The notes under the pieces were generated by a model. It had not been told where the DNA came from, did no database searches, and saw only the letters and a program-made list of their open reading frames with translations. A DNA stretch of 64,000 bases. Origin: Camelus ferus. Its lineage: Eukaryota. The position numbers were made by a program, and so were the translations under genes. The stretch spans positions 50,656,001 through 50,720,000 of the forward strand of contig NC_045697.1 in the NCBI RefSeq assembly GCF_009834535.1, read 5' to 3'. Position 1 is the stretch's first letter. Each line of letters begins with the position of its first letter. This document shows, one piece after another, positions 1 through 14,504 of this stretch.

Positions 1-3000
1 AAAATCAGGACCTTCCTGTGTATCAAAACATTCCTTTACAAAATAGTAAAGTAACAGCAAATAAAATCTACCCAAGATCAAGAGTGTATCTAATTTGTAT
101 ACTTGACATTTTGCTTCTGCATCTACGTTTTAATCTCACTTTCAACCACAACTTTAATTAGAGCTGCAGTAAATGGTTTTATGATCTACAAAGATGAAAA
201 AGCCTAATACAATCATGAGCAATTTAAACATCTCTGCAGGTCTTAACAGTTTCATTGATATGAAATCCAAAGGAACCAGGGTAAAACTACACGTGGAATA
301 AAACCAATCACTAGTACTAGGGAGCCTTTTGAAGTAAGTGAATGTTTTTAAAGTAAAAGAATACTTAGGAAGGTTAAGTTTAAGGCCTTTTAAAAACATT
401 CATTTCATATCCTAAATACTATCTTACACTGTGAAGTAATTTTATCAGGAATTATACTTCTGCAAACCAATACAATGTAAAGCAAGTTCTTTTCATTAAG
501 TATGACTGATATTCAGTTTTGTAACTTAACTCTTCCAGGGCCCTAACTTGTAACTTGGAACATCAGTAGCTACCTAAACACACATACTTTTTCAGAAAAA
601 TCTTAGATGCTAAGCTTTATACCATAAGAATCCTTGGCAGTCTGTTGAACCCTATGGACACCTTCTCAGAACAATCTTTTTAAATGTTTAATATAGGATA
701 TACAGGTTTACAAGGAAGCCAGTTTTATTGAAATACTGTTATCAAACATTTTTTTAAAAGCATTAAATAAAAGGATCTAGTAGCAAGTCTAATAACTACC
801 ATAATACCAGAGTAGTGGTGAGTGTGTATGTTTTGAGATCTCTGCCTCAACTCTGTGATATTAAAATATCTGTATTTTTACTGGAAACCTCACAAGTACT
901 GCTAATACTACTGTGGTGTGTTGCCAACATTCATAATTGAAGAAAATGCTAAATTTATCATAGGTTAGTGACCTGCCATCTAAGTTTAAGGAGGTCTAAA
1001 TTCTTCTCATGCAGTCCCAGGTTACCTGGCGGTGAGGGAATCTGACAGTATTTAATATCTATATGCAAAATTAGTTTTCTTGACTCACAGGAGTTCTATG
1101 AGATTTAATAAATGTTTTGAAAAAGAGGAAAAGCAACAGTGAGATATGACAACAATTATAAATTGCATATAGAGTAAAGCACTGGGTTGCGTGCAGCTTC
1201 ATATCCTGTCGTCACTATTTCTTGTGTTATCTTGGACAAGTTATTTAATTTCTCTATGTCTCAACCTGTTCTCAATCTGTTAATTGGGAATAGTAACAGT
1301 GTCTACTTCCTTCAGTTGTTGTAAGGACAAAGGACATACTGTATGTGAAAAATCCCATCAAAGTGCTTAACACAGAGTAAGGGATCATTAAATATTAAGA
1401 ATTTTTCAACAACACAACTGGATTACTTAAAGGCAAGATGATATTCATTGCAAAGTTAATGATAAACAGCCAAGGGGGTGGGGCGGAAACATTTGTTTTA
1501 AACTATAATATGCCCCCACTTTAGAATTATGAATCTTTGAATAGTCTCTTAGCTCTAGGCATACCCTTTAATAAAAGTAATTATAGAAACTTATATAGAA
1601 AGTGAACAAACCTGGTTGGTATGACGTTGACAAGAACATGACCTGAATCTCAGAGTAAATTATTTCATGTTTCAAGGACTAGACATTAAACAACAGCAAG
1701 ATGGTTATGTAAGTTATGGCCAATTGACTTAATATAGATGATGCAGCTAATAAAATGTTAGCAAAAACAATGGCAACACAGAAATGGTGAAACATTTAGG
1801 TTTGAAATCTAAAATGAAATAAGAACTGCTTGGAAATCAAAAATTGTAACCAGCTAGCTATCATATCTCATTCTCTTTAGAACATGTAAGGCATTACAAT
1901 AGGAAAACCACTCTATAATATTGCCAACAAAATAAAACATGATTTTAAGAAACTGCCTTTGCTAGTCATTGGGACTAACTCTATCTTGGCTGAAATCAGG
2001 TTACGGAAAATCACCTTTAGTAATGGTCCTAACTGGAATCTGGGCCCTTCAAGCTTCACAAGAGGATAAAAAGATCTTTAAATCAAATAATTCTATGGCA
2101 GAGAGAGAAATACTGAGTAAGCACTAGAGGGGAGAGTCTAAAGGAAGCTGAACAGCCTTACTGATAAATTTTGTTTTTTAATTATTAAACACCCCACTCT
2201 ACAAATCATGATTATTTAAACAACATAAACCGGAGTCTCTTACTAACTCCAAAAATATGGTTTTTTTTTTAAATGCCAGCCTAGCTATAAAAATTATAAA
2301 GCCATTAGCAGTGAGATAAAAAGAAAAGGTGAGGCTTCTATAAAGAGCTGTCGGTCAGCATACAAGATTTTACAAATACTAAAAGGAATCAGCAGGAGAG
2401 GAAAAATAAAGAGAATCTGGCAAATGAATGATTTTTGCAATCACTGAGCAACAGGATAAACATGGAACAAATGCTTGGGCTATCCATTTAGTTACTGAAA
2501 ATGAATTCAGATAGGAGGATCTAAAGTGTAGGATCTGGGGAGGTCCCTGTTGTAGGACACCTGCAAATCTGCTTACAGCATGGCCTGAATGTGCGAAGTC
2601 TATAACCTCACCTCCAAATGGGACAGGCTGCTACCTGGCTCCATACACTGAAAAGCCCTATGCCAAAGACTTCATGTGATGTTTATAACCCAAGGATATT
2701 TTTATTTATAAATCTCTCGTACAAAAAGGAAAAATGGAAAAAATTCGATCACTAAGAATGTTTTAACTTTTTGGCTGTTTAGGTAATTCAAGAAACAATA
2801 AGCTGCAACAAAAAGAAATAAATAGCTTATTTATTTCTATGACATTAAATATATTTTCTTCCAGTTAATAAGATCTAATTTCTCTTGAGAAAATAGGAAA
2901 AAAAATAATTGCAAATTTTAAAGGGAAAACCATTGAGAGGTTAATATTAAAAGATACTTCAAGATTCTGTACCTTTCAAATTTTGCCAAACATTATTTAT

Positions 3001-3753
3001 TGAAATTCTGCTTATTAAAAAAACTCTCCCACTAAAAAAGTATTTATATGTTCAACTATTATAGGTATCTAATTAGTCAAAAATATGAAAAAATGATCAA
3101 AGTTTTTTTTCATTATTCATTTAAGGTGCTATAACTCAGAAACTGGTAATAAATCGGTTGATTGAAAACAGTATCACTGGGGAAAGAGCTTATAAAACTT
3201 AAAGACAATTTAACACTAAGGTTCAAATTTCAAGTCAGTAGGAATGATATCAGATTTTAAAAACACTCACTATGAAGAACTAGACAACTAACGTGTCACT
3301 ACATATCAGAAAAAAGATGACTGAGGATGGGGACAAGTGGGGAGGCAGACAGTGGTGACCTCTGGAAGGAATCTCTTCTCTCTGCTGGTCCTAGAAGAGA
3401 AAAGAGACACCAATAAGCATCAACACACTGTCCGAATTCCTCCCCACCCGAGACCCACCAGTCCACAGGTGTTTCTCAACCTTACAGCCAACCTCACCTT
3501 CATATATGGTATTCAACACCAAGAGGACATCAAAAACACCACCTAATACTAACTTAACTGGTGCTGCCTTGAAAAAGTAAAAACTATCAAAAGTATTATT
3601 ATTTTATACAGTTATAATTTGTATTAAATAGGGCTGAAACCAGCTGGGTTGAAAGTAATACTTCTTTATATTAAAAATAGCTTTCCAAAACTACTGCACT
3701 CAACTATTTTAAATTATAAAGAGGCCATTAATTTAATTTTTAAAAATCTGAAT

Positions 3754-3757
<4 letters not shown>

Positions 3758-3787
<30 letters not shown>
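3758..3787 (+). repeat. (TG)n microsatellite
   Basis: Directly visible. Confidence 0.95.
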
Positions 3788-3789
<2 letters not shown>

Positions 3790-4989
3790 GATATGTGTGG
3801 CAGCAAGTGGCTACAATGAAATGTTGGGGTTGTAACTATTGTGGCTCCCATTCAATGTACATGGAGAAGATAGGGTGTTGGGGTCGTTTATTTACATTAG
3901 CTAACAAAGGGAAGTTAACCAGCTATACAATTTGAAAAAGGTTATCTGCACTCTGGAAAGAAGCCCAAAAATAACTGAAATTCAAAAAATAATTATCGAA
4001 ATAAGAGTGACTATAGTACATAATTCCTTCATTTCTGTAGAACAAATAGAATTCTACAGAATCTTTTCCTAGGTAGTAGAATTGATAGTTCCAGACCAAC
4101 TGGACAATTTTTTCAGACACTGAGAGCTTCCACAACCAGAACTCTGAATCTCTGTTATTTTCTCACATATACTTGAGAAAGACAAGTAGTAGTCACTATA
4201 AACTATGTCCAAAGTAAACCCCACAGGAAATACTGTTTTTAATATCAGTCACTCAAGACTAAGGTCCAAAATATACACAATGGGGGAGTTAATTTAAGTT
4301 AAATAAGCAGTAGCTCTGTCTTTCCACATTACTGATCATTACTTTCTTCCAGGTACAATGCTGAGCACTGGGGATACAAAAAGATGAGTAAGACATAATC
4401 TCTGTGAAGTAAAATATAAAACTGCAGTGAAAGCACATTTCTGGAGGCCCCGAAAGTCAGAAAACAGAATCTCTTCTGGACTCACTAGCTCTGCGTCAAG
4501 GGAATGTATTTTTAGCTTCTTAGATTTTAGTTTGTAACTACAAGTATATGACGGAAGGGTGAAGTGCTCCTGGGTACCACTGTGCAGAAGAGTTAAAAAC
4601 CGAACTGTTCTGTATTTGCAACATGCCAGGCAGAAACAAGGTCCGAAGAGATGCAGTGAATGTAAAATTGATCACTTCAATCTACGATTTAAGAGATTCA
4701 GGAAGCGCCATACAGAAAAAGAATAAGGCAAGATTAATGTCTGTTGTGTGAAATCATTAAGGATTTTAGAGATGGAAAAGATATCAGTATAACTACCAAC
4801 CAAGAAATTCAGAAACTCAAAGACTACTAAGCCAGCTGGACATCCCCGCTCCTTTGTCTACGAAACATGCCAATAACCAAAACAAAGTGTTTGAAACAAG
4901 AGACCACGTGTTTTTATGGCACCTTTCCTTGGGGCCTCAAAAGTCTTCCTGGATCACTCCACTGCACCTGCTGCAAAGATGGAACATTC

Positions 4990-5720
4990 TGGTGAACGCA
5001 GAGCACGTCCAAGGCGCCCGACTGGAGGCCGACGCACCTCCCCGCCGGGCCGCCAGGCCAAGTTCGGAGCCCAGGCAGGCCTCGCCCCCAGCCCCGCCGC
5101 GCCGAGCGACTGCCGTGGAGCCCCGGCCTCGCGCGCGAGGGCCTCGCCCGCGCCAGCTGCCGGCGCCCCGCCGCCCCTCCCACCGCCGGCGGCTTCGCAC
5201 CCGGGTGCCCAGAATCCCGAGGAGGTCGAGCGTCCGGGAGCGCTCGTACCTCACACCGCTGCTCCGAAAGCCCCGGAACGCGCGTCCGGCCGCTCCCGGC
5301 GCCGGCGCGGCCAAGGGGGGCACCGCGCTCCCACCCAGCGCCGGCACTTGGCCTAGGCGGCCGCGGAGCAGCCGAAAGCCGCGGGCCGACACTGTCATGG
5401 CCGCGAGTCCCCGGCTTCTGGACCGAGGCGCCACCTCCCGCCGCTCCGGTCCCGCAGCGGCAGCCAGGCTCCGCCCCCACCCGGTACGCGTCCCAGCAGC
5501 AGCCGGGTGCCCGGGGGCTCCACGCAGGGGCGGGGTCAGGAGCAGAGCTCAGGGCCGGGGGCGGGCCCGAAGGAGCTCCGGGAGTGTCAGGGTGCGCGGC
5601 GGGACGCAAGCCGCGGGCGGGCCAGAGTACTGGCAGGTGCGTCAGGGAACTGGCGGCTTGCGGTGTGGCCCGGCGGCGACTCGGCTTCTCACCCACTGAG
5701 CACGCTAATGTTCCAGTAGC
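4990..5720. promoter_or_regulatory. CpG island / TATA-less promoter of MTHFD2L with GC boxes
   Basis: Very GC- and CpG-rich stretch in an AT-rich background. GC boxes near 5471 (ccgccccc), 5527 (ggggcgggg) and 5557 (gggggcggg). Confidence 0.88.
5250..5398 (-). CDS. MTHFD2L: MTHFD2L coding exon 1 (mitochondrial methylenetetrahydrofolate dehydrogenase 2-like, N-terminal targeting peptide); gene continues off the left edge, 1-5249 is intron 1
   Basis: ATG at 5398 (context GCC-ATG-A) gives MTVSARGFRLLRGRLGQVPALGGSAVPPLAAPAPGAAGRAFRGFRSSGVR. This matches the recalled mammalian MTHFD2L N-terminus (MTVPVRGFSLLRGRLG...AFRGFRSSGVR). It is Arg-rich with no acidic residues. Donor AG|gtacga at 5250/5249. 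Known synteny next to GRO genes. Confidence 0.93.
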
Positions 5721-7212
5721 GAGGACACAGGGAAGGCGGCTAAACTAATTAGTTCAAGCAGCATCCCCCTTTTCTCCCAAACCAGCGCTCCACCCAGCAG
5801 CCTCCGAGGGTTCCTGGAATTTGATTTAAAGCAGGAAAAGTGTTTCTCACTCCCTTGTGAGACTTCGGGATACCTTGAGAGCCGGAGAAAGAAACACAAG
5901 TGTGAGTGTGTAGGAGTAAGAGGAGGACCTGGCTGAGCAAGGCCTGGATCTAAGGATTTCTATAGCTCTGCCTTTTCACCTCCACTTTGGTGAGAAAAGA
6001 TTGGCCAATGTCTGTCACTTTCTAGAGTCTAGAGGCAGCGTAGGAACCTGCCTCATGCAGTGAATTTGTAGTGAGAAAACAAAACATCAGCTCCCTTTGA
6101 AAAAGTAAAAATCAGCCTGTCCGTTCATTATGCTGGGATATGCTAAAAGACAAACTGAGGCTTATTTTTAAATTTTAAGAGTTTATTTGAACAAAAACCA
6201 ATTTGAATCGGGCAGCATCCAATTTACGAGATAGAAAGGAGTTCCAAGGGGCCTGTCTTTCATCAAATGAAAGACTTACAGGCAGAAGGGAGCAGGAACT
6301 AGGAAGCTATACTAGACAAATAAGCGGTTTGGTTACTTTCCTTTAGGGGAAAGCAGGGGTCTATTAGACATATTACCTAATTAGTGATTATATGAAGGAA
6401 ACACAAGTAGTTTCATGCCCTTGAATTAAATACTGTTTTAAAAATGTTTTTTCTTGTAGTCCAATCTGAAGGGATAATGCAAAATACAGAAAAAGGGTGC
6501 ACAAAATGAAAAATGTATAATTGAGAAAATAAAAAGTAATTTACATGTTAAAAATGCAGGATTATTTGTGAATTAAGTTTCATTAAATAAAAAGTAAAAA
6601 AAAAAAATCACTAGTAATACCTAGCAGTTTCTGTAGGCTTACTCTGTGCCAGGTCCTCTTCTGTGTCCTTAAAATAGATTGCCTCATTTAATCTTCACAA
6701 TAGCTCTGGGAGGTAGAGTCTTTTATTGTTCCCATTTTACATATGATAAATTTGAACTTCAAAGAAATTAAAGAACTTGCCTAAAGCTACCAGTCTAGTA
6801 AGTGGTACATCTAAGGCTCAAAGAAAGGTACTTGATTCTGTAGCTGAAAAAAATGACAAACTTCTAATAATTCACGGGACAAAGACATGAAAAGGAAAAT
6901 CAGAAAATAATTTTGAACTGAAGAAAAAGAGAACATATCAAAATTTGAGAAATGCAGCTAAAGCAGCATTTCTTTTAGAGAAATTCATAGCCTTACATGC
7001 TTATTTTAGAAAAGAGTAAAGGTCTAAAATCAGTGGTCTAAGCTTCTATCTTAACAAATGGGAAAAATAAGAACCGTTGAGCTAAAGATAAGCGCCAAAT
7101 TAAATGGAAAACAGAAAAATGACAGAGGAAATCAATGAAATCAAAAGCAAGTTTTTGGAAAAGATCAATATAATTGATAAACTAATTAGATTAACTAGGG
7201 GAAAAAGAGGAC

Positions 7213-8181
7213 TGCTGGGAGGCAGTGTATGGACTATTCACATTCCTGTGTGTCTTGCTGAGTGTCAAGACTCCAGACCCTGACCACTTTCTACTTGGGC
7301 CGTTTCTCAGGAGTCTTCATGCAGCCAGTAATTCTAAGAGATAAGGTAATGTCTCCCTGTGCCAGGGAGGATGCTCGCTTACTGCTTGCCCTAAAAGTGA
7401 TGGACTCCTTAAACTCGGAATTCCTCTTCTGTGGGGCAACCCACTACGCAGGTAGGCTTCATCTGGTCCTCTACATCACTCTGTGGTACGTGGGGCAGGG
7501 AAACTTCAACAATGACACTGATACTCCAGCCACTTTTTTGGTCAAGTATCATTTGATCATATATGCAAGGGTTTATTTCTGAGTTCTCTATTCTATTCCA
7601 TCATTCTATATGTCTGACCTATGCCAACACCTTCTCTTTGGATAACTGTGTCTCTGTAATAAGTTTTCAAATCAGAGAGTGTAAGACCTCCAACTTTGTT
7701 CTCCTTTTTCGAGATTGTTTTGGCTATTCAGGGTCTCTTGAGATTCCATATGAATTTTAGAACGGGTTTTTCTGCTTCTGCAAAAACTGACATTTGGACT
7801 TTGATGGGTATTTCATTAAATCTGTAGATTGCTTTGGGTAGCATTGGCATCTTAGCAATATTAAGTCTTCCAGTCCATGAACACAGGGTATCTTTCCATT
7901 TATTTGTATCTTCTCTGATTTCCTTCAGCAACATTTTGCAGTTTTCAGTGTAAAAGTCCTCCTTGGTTAGGTTTTTTCTAGTATTTTATACTTCTTGGTG
8001 CTATTGTAAATTGAAATATTTTCTTTATTTCCTTTTTGGATTTGTCATTTTTGGCTACTACTTTTGCTGTCACAAATTTCTTTGTCTCTGTCCAGGGGTC
8101 TTGTATCTTTTGTAAGTCTTCATGAAACTGTATAGGGCTAACTTACTAGATTGTAGATAGGGCACAATTAACTCCCTCACA
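7213..8181. mobile_element. Solo ERV-type LTR, itself interrupted by an antisense L1
   Basis: TG...CA termini and 5-bp TSD AGGAC (7208-7212, 8182-8186). Confidence 0.7.
7535..8045 (-). mobile_element. L1 ORF2 fragment (antisense)
   Basis: ORF 7728-7934 [27 protein letters not shown]...[13 protein letters not shown] is typical L1 ORF2p. Confidence 0.9.
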
Positions 8182-8352
8182 AGGACACAAATTATCAATA
8201 TAGGGAATGAAAATGGAATATCACCACAGATGTAAAGGTATTAAAATGTTAATAAAGTAATAATATAAAAAGTTTTAATGTAACATATGTGGCAACCTAA
8301 ATAAAACAGACAAATTTATTTAAAAACACAAATCATCAAAAATTGACCCAAA

Positions 8353-8552
8353 TTTGGGATTTGCAGATACTAACTACAATATATAAAATAGACAACAAGG
8401 CCCTATTGTATAACACCGGGAGCTATATTTAATAGCTTGTAATAACCTATAATGAAAAAGTATGAAAAAATATATAAATATGTGTAACTGAGTAACTATG
8501 CTGTACATCAGAAACTAACACAACATTGTAACTCAACTACACCTCAGTTAAA
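8353..8552 (+). mobile_element. Young 5'-truncated L1 3' end
   Basis: L1 3'UTR-like body (ctatgctgtacatcagaaactaacacaacattgtaa). Flanking near-duplication aaaa(t/c)tgacccaaa. Confidence 0.7.
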
Positions 8553-9451
8553 AAACTGACCCAAAAAGAGACTTAAAAATTGAATAACTCCATGAAAAAT
8601 TTTTAAATGAAATTACTAATTAATTATCTTCTGATAAAGATTCTTCAAGCTTAGTAGGCTTCACTGATGATTTCTCTCAAATATTTAAGAAAGCAATGAT
8701 AACAATCTTATGTAAATCTCTCAAAAAGTAGAAGAGAAAGGAGCCTTCCCAACTCATTTTATAGAGTCACCATTGCCCTGATACCAAAACATTACAAGAA
8801 AAGACACTACAGACCACTATCCCTCAACAACATAGTAACAAAAAATCTTTAAAATCAATAGCAAATTTAATAAAGCAATATATAAAAGGGTAATATGTCA
8901 TGATCAAGTGGAATTTATCTGGTTCAACATTCAAAATTAATTAGTGTAATTTACCACAGCAACAGATTGAAGAAGGAAAAAGCAGTGATGATCTCAATAG
9001 ATGTAGAAAACATATTTGATAGAATTCAACATTCATTCATGGAAAAAATTTAAAACTTGCAGAAAACTATCAACAGAGGAACATTCATCAAGCTTATAAA
9101 GGAAGTCTATGAATAACCCCAGCTAATGATGGGTTCACTTCATGGTGAAAGACGTCTAAGATGAGAATAAGACAAGGATTTCTGTTTCCACCGTTTCTAT
9201 TCTGTACTGTTTGTCTGGGGCTGACTGCAAAAGGGTACGAAAGAACTTTGGTGGGTGATGGAAATGTTCTATATTTTGATTGCGGTATGGTACATGGACT
9301 GTATGTTTGTAAAAACTCACCAAATTACACGCTTAAAATGGGAACATTTCATTGTATGCAAATTATACCTCAATTAAAATTGATTAAACAAGGGGCCTAA
9401 GCATTTGTTGATTCGCCTTAGAATTAATCCACATCCCACAATAAGAAGCCG

Positions 9452-9453
9452 AT

Positions 9454-9530
<77 letters not shown>

Positions 9531-9560
9531 TAGATAATGGATAAATAGATAGACCTAGAT
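9452..9560 (+). repeat. (GATA)n/(GACA)n tetranucleotide microsatellite
   Basis: Directly visible. Confidence 0.95.
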
Positions 9561-10683
9561 ATCACAGATACCATAGATCTGTCTGTCTATCCATTCATCT
9601 CCCATTGATGGGCCATAATTAATTTGGTCACTAGAGGGAGCTCGTATTTCATGAACCCCAAAGCTTGGCAAAGATTTGAAAAGCAGTGGACGTAAAGGCA
9701 CAAAAAAGAATGAAGAGTATAAAAAGTTTTCATGAGCAGATCTGTAAGAAATTAGTAATAATAAAGTTGGTAAAACCTTTTTTGGCCATAATAATAAAGA
9801 AAATAAAAATGTTGCTTGTGGAAGAGATGAAGCTTCTTTCATTAGTGTATTTAAAAAGTAGACCTGATCCTGACTTTTATCTAGATGTTGTGAGCTGTTT
9901 AAACAATAACCTTGGAATTTTTTTTCAAATAAAGGTTATATTTTTTATTACAAAAGTTATACATGTTAATTATAGAAAATTTCAAAGTTAGAGTAAATTT
10001 GAATGAAAGAAGAAAAAGAGAAGAATCAAAAGTACTATTGTCAACATCCTCATAGCCTGCAAATAAGAATGCTATCAAAATCTGAGTGTATCGCCCCAGA
10101 GAATTTAGTGTACATATTATTTTTACTTGATTTTGATCACAAATAACACAAATTTTAACTACTATTTGATATCTTAACCATGAAAATGAAGTATAAATTA
10201 AATACTTGTACATAATGTAGAATGCTCATAATTACATTAACTATTTCTTTGAAGTTTTTAAAAATAGTGCTTATTAGTATTTAGTGGTCACATTAAAGTG
10301 TTGCTTGGTGACTAACTTTCTTAGGCAGGAAATTCTAATTGAGGGAAGGATTTGGGTTTTTTACTGTATAACCTTTTTACCATTCAAATTTTTATAATGT
10401 ACATATATTTTTTTCTGCAGTAAATAAGTATAACCAGTTTACCTATTTGATGTGATAAGTTTTAGATTCTGATAGATTAGCAGCATATTGGGTGAAGTGT
10501 TATGGAATGACCATGACGGTAGATAAGATTTTGGAGCTCTCTCTGTTAGAAGAGTGTGACATTTTGAAAGAAGATTGGGCCAGTGCTTGGGCCAACTAAC
10601 AGCATTTTGAATGTTTCATGGCATATCATGTGATGTGGGCAAATAATAAGAATTTTTATAAAGAACAAGGTGAGTAAGCCATT

Positions 10684-11100
10684 TGTTATGGATTGAATTT
10701 GTCGCCCCTAAAATTCCTATGTTGAAGTCATAACCTTCAGTACTCAGAATTCTTGTGTTGAAGTCTTAACCCTCAGTACTTATTTGGAGATAGGCTGTTT
10801 TAAAAGGTAATTAAGATAAAATGAGGTCACTGGGATGGGCTTTAATCCACTGTGACTGGTGTTCTCATAAAAACAGGCGATTAGGACACAGGCACATACA
10901 GAGGGAGGAGGATGTGAACATATGTGTAGAAGATAACCATCTGCAAGCCAAGGAGAAAGGCCTCAGAAGGAACCAACCCTAAGAACACTTTGATCTTGGA
11001 CTTCTAGCCTCCTGAACTATAAGAAAATAAATTTCTGTTGGACACGCCACTCAGTCTGTGGTATACTACTTTGTTATGGCGGCCTGAGCAAATTAATACA
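10684..11100 (+). mobile_element. MaLR LTR (MLT1A/B-type)
   Basis: tgttatggattgaatttgtc...catctgcaagccaaggaga...ttgatcttggacttctagcctcc...ttgttatggc...taataca. Confidence 0.82.
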
Positions 11101-12749
11101 CCAGCTTAGCCCAGTGATATTGGCTTCAGGTGATAGACAGCCGTTGCAGGACCTCAAGTAAAAGAGTGACCAGATGAGATCTGCTCTTTCAGTCACTCTG
11201 CAGTGAGTAGGACTTATTGGACAGAACAGCCTGGGAGACTATTAGGAAGTTATGTCAATGGTCCTGCGAAAGCTGATGAAAGGCATAATTAGGGCAATTT
11301 CACAAGGATGGGAGAGGAGGAGTTTCACATGAGAGTTGTTAAGGGGATTGAGGTGCAGGATCCGGAACCCAGTTGGATGCAAAGCTAAAGGAGAGAGTCA
11401 GTCTGGACGAAACTAGGGCCCCTGGTTAAGACAGCTGAAGGAATTCTTTAGAAAGCAAAAGAAAAATAACATAGAAGCAGTGGATTTTCCAGATGAAATC
11501 TGCGGAGAACTAAATTACAGCGGATATATGTTAACATTGGCAGCAAGGAAAAAATACAGGAGAAAGGCGTAAGTCCAGATTAAGATCATATCACCCAATG
11601 ATCCAATGAAAGGATGCTGGTTGATTGGCAAGGAGTGGCAGTCAGGATGTCTCAGATGGCCTGAAGTATTACTGCATCGGGGAAGAAATGCGCCTCACCC
11701 AGAAATGCACAGAGGGCATCTTTCTGGAGATTGTATGTCTCAGCATCCCACGAATCTGGGTGCAACCAGGGTGGAGCTGGCCTTGCTAACTAAAGCAGAA
11801 GCAATGAAAGAAAAGGGAGATAACACTCCTGGCGTCTTGCTTTGCCTCTGCCCTTATTGGGCTTTATAACCTTGGGCAAGTCAGTTGATTTCTCTTTGCC
11901 TCATTTCCTTTCACCAGCAGATCTGGGTGAAAATAAAATGATTGTTCTTAGGACACTTCATTAGCTAATTAATACTTGAAGGGCTCAGGAAGAGCCTCCT
12001 GCAGGAGGTAATCTATAAACTAAGAGCTGAAGAAAAGTAATGATTATCCAGACAACTGAGCTAGGGGAAGGGGAGGAGATAAAAGATGTTCCAGTTAGAG
12101 GCAACAATGTATGTAAGACCCTGAGCCCAAATAGAAAATGGTGTTTTCAGAGAACTGGGAAGTGATTTGATGTAACCAGAGCATACGGTTTCATGGGGAG
12201 AGTGTGAGAAAACTTAACCTGTAAGCCATTCAGTAATTTGCTCAAGGTCACATGGCTAATAAAGGTCTGATCTCTGGACTGGTCATGTCTGCACCAGGAT
12301 TTGCACTGAAACTATGAATTGGGTACAACCTCCCTACATCACCATACAGACAGGAGAAGATCATGCTGAGGGTGACATGGGCCCAATATTTCTCAGCGTT
12401 GTCTAGGAGGTTATAGAGAAAACATTCACTTGAGCTTAAAGAGAAAATTAAAGGTAAAAATGTTAAAATGAGAATCATTAAGTGTATAGAATTAGGCTGC
12501 ATAAGTCAGGAAGTAAAACAGTCAAATAATTCAACAGAGAATCTACTAACCTTTATTTCCACTCTAGTCTTCTGGAAAGAGAGAAGTCATCTCAAAGCAA
12601 ATTTTGTGCCTGACCCAAAACAAAATTTTGATGATTGGTTTCTATTGTAAACTTGCTTACTATTCACTAAATAGAAACTCTGAACATCCGTAGTAATTGC
12701 ATTTATTTTACAAACTAAACAAAACTCAGATCCAGATAAATTCAGTTTT

Positions 12750-12868
12750 TGAGGGGAAGGGGGAGATAATTAGGTGTATGTATGTATGTATTGGAGGTAC
12801 TGGGGATTGAACCCAGGACCTCATGTGTGCTAAGCACAGGCTCTACCACTGAGCTATACCTGCCCCCT
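12750..12868 (-). mobile_element. tRNA-derived camelid-type SINE (Vic-1-like)
   Basis: Minus strand reads ggtatagctcagtggtagagc...gtcctgggttcaatccccagtacctcc (A and B boxes). Flanking direct repeat attcagtttt. Confidence 0.8.
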
Positions 12869-14504
12869 CACCATTCAGTTTTACATGGACTTAACAGGGG
12901 GGTGCATTTTGTTATATACTACCCAGAAACTCGAAGAACTGCTCTGTCTATGCCTCTTCCCTGGAGCTCTGACCCATGGAAGATTACACTGGTTTATTAT
13001 AAGATTTTCTCTGTTCTCTGTGTTCTGTGTTTTACCGCAAGGTGACAAGGTGTGGAATTATTTCTGTTCACCCTACATGTGGTTTGTTGGGTTCCTGAAT
13101 CTGGGGCTGCGGTCTCTGATGGCCATGGACGTGCACCACTCAGAGCATCCTCCAGTAGAAGGTGCTGCAGGAGCTCAGCTGATGTCCCAGTGTGGCAGCT
13201 GGCTTAACAGTGCCCTCTTCTCTGGTGGCGTTCCCGTCTCGATATTGTTTCTGTATGCTTCTCTGCTGGTCTTCCCTGCACCTCCCCAATGCTCTTCAAT
13301 CCTTGTCTCAGGCTCTGCTCTCATTATCCCATTTCTACTTAGTGATTTGTCAACTCTGCTAGAAGTTGAACCTTTAGCAACACTGTGTTGGAGTTCAAGG
13401 ATTTCCTCCAAAGGGGGTAAGTGAAGGAAGGAAATTTTGCTCAGATATTTTCCTAGTTAATATACCTATGTTTTGATCTACATAAGACAACTTATAGTCC
13501 TTTTAATCATTTACATGTTTACTTGGAATAATAGGTCATGTCACATTACATAAGAGGTATAGTTGCAACTCATTCAAATCTATAGCAAAGCTTTTGTTTC
13601 AATATCAATCTATTTAAGAAGAAAAAAATTTGCCTGAAAACGCCTTGGTATATATTGTACCTGTCTTTATCTTTTTGATAATGATCATCACCCATACATC
13701 CTCAGGAGCCAAGAAAATTGATTTTCTATCTTTCAGTGTGACTCTAAAAGGAGACTATTCGGATTACTAAAAATGGGAGTACTGCTTTTAAAAAAAATGC
13801 TTTACTTAATATTCCAAGGTAATTTAATGTTACTTACTGAGTTTGTAAAAGCAACTACAAAATATATGTATTTAAAAACAAATTTGTCTCAGATATCACA
13901 CTAACCATATATTTAGGTTACAATATTCTATATGTACTACCACAATTTTATGCCATTGACCACAAATAATGTCAGTTCAAATGGAAGATAGGACCTTGTC
14001 AGCAATAAACCAATCAGAAAGCATTTCTTACTATGTATGTAATATGTACATAATACATGTAATTCCATGTACAAGGTTCTGTGTTAGGTTTGGTAATCTA
14101 CACATGTATCTCCCAAGCTGACATCATAGAATGTTTACCATATATTGTCTAGTATTATGTCTCTGGTAGTCTTTGTGGTCTATTTCTGTTTGTTTGCTTG
14201 CTCTACTTCTAGAATCTCATTAAGATCTTATTTATTATTGGGAAGAGAGAGCATACATTGTTCAAATCACGGGAAAGTATTCTGTGTCCTACTTAAGCCC
14301 CCATTAATTCTGAAGTTGTCAACTGCTGTTCATAGGCCCCAGGGCTCTACCTGCATCTCCATGTTTCCTCAGAAGTTTGTTAGGTTCAAAATGTGGCCAT
14401 CTCACCATAGTTTGAACTCAGAGTGGAAATTCCAGGATTTAAAAGTAATATAATTCAATATTAACTTGTGATTTAAAAAGAAACTCTTAAGAAATCATCG
14501 ATAA

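Larger units (their letters stand above)
6850..9385 (+). mobile_element. Old L1 ORF2/3' fragment interrupted by nested insertions
   Basis: L1 ORF2-like DNA (gcagctaaagcag...agagaaattcatagcc; gccctgataccaaaac; gatctcaatagatgtagaaaa...ttcaacattcattcatg) at 6850-7212 and 8182-9210, with an L1 3'-end-like block to ~9385. Confidence 0.75.

Noticed and set aside
4854..5719. Long overlapping ORFs (281, 260, 146 aa) over the MTHFD2L promoter
   Set aside because: Low-complexity R/P/A/G peptides caused by stop-codon scarcity in a CpG island. Only 5398-5250 matches a real protein.
12885..13424. 179-aa hydrophobic ORF
   Set aside because: No recognisable homology or exon structure; composition fits chance T-rich sequence.
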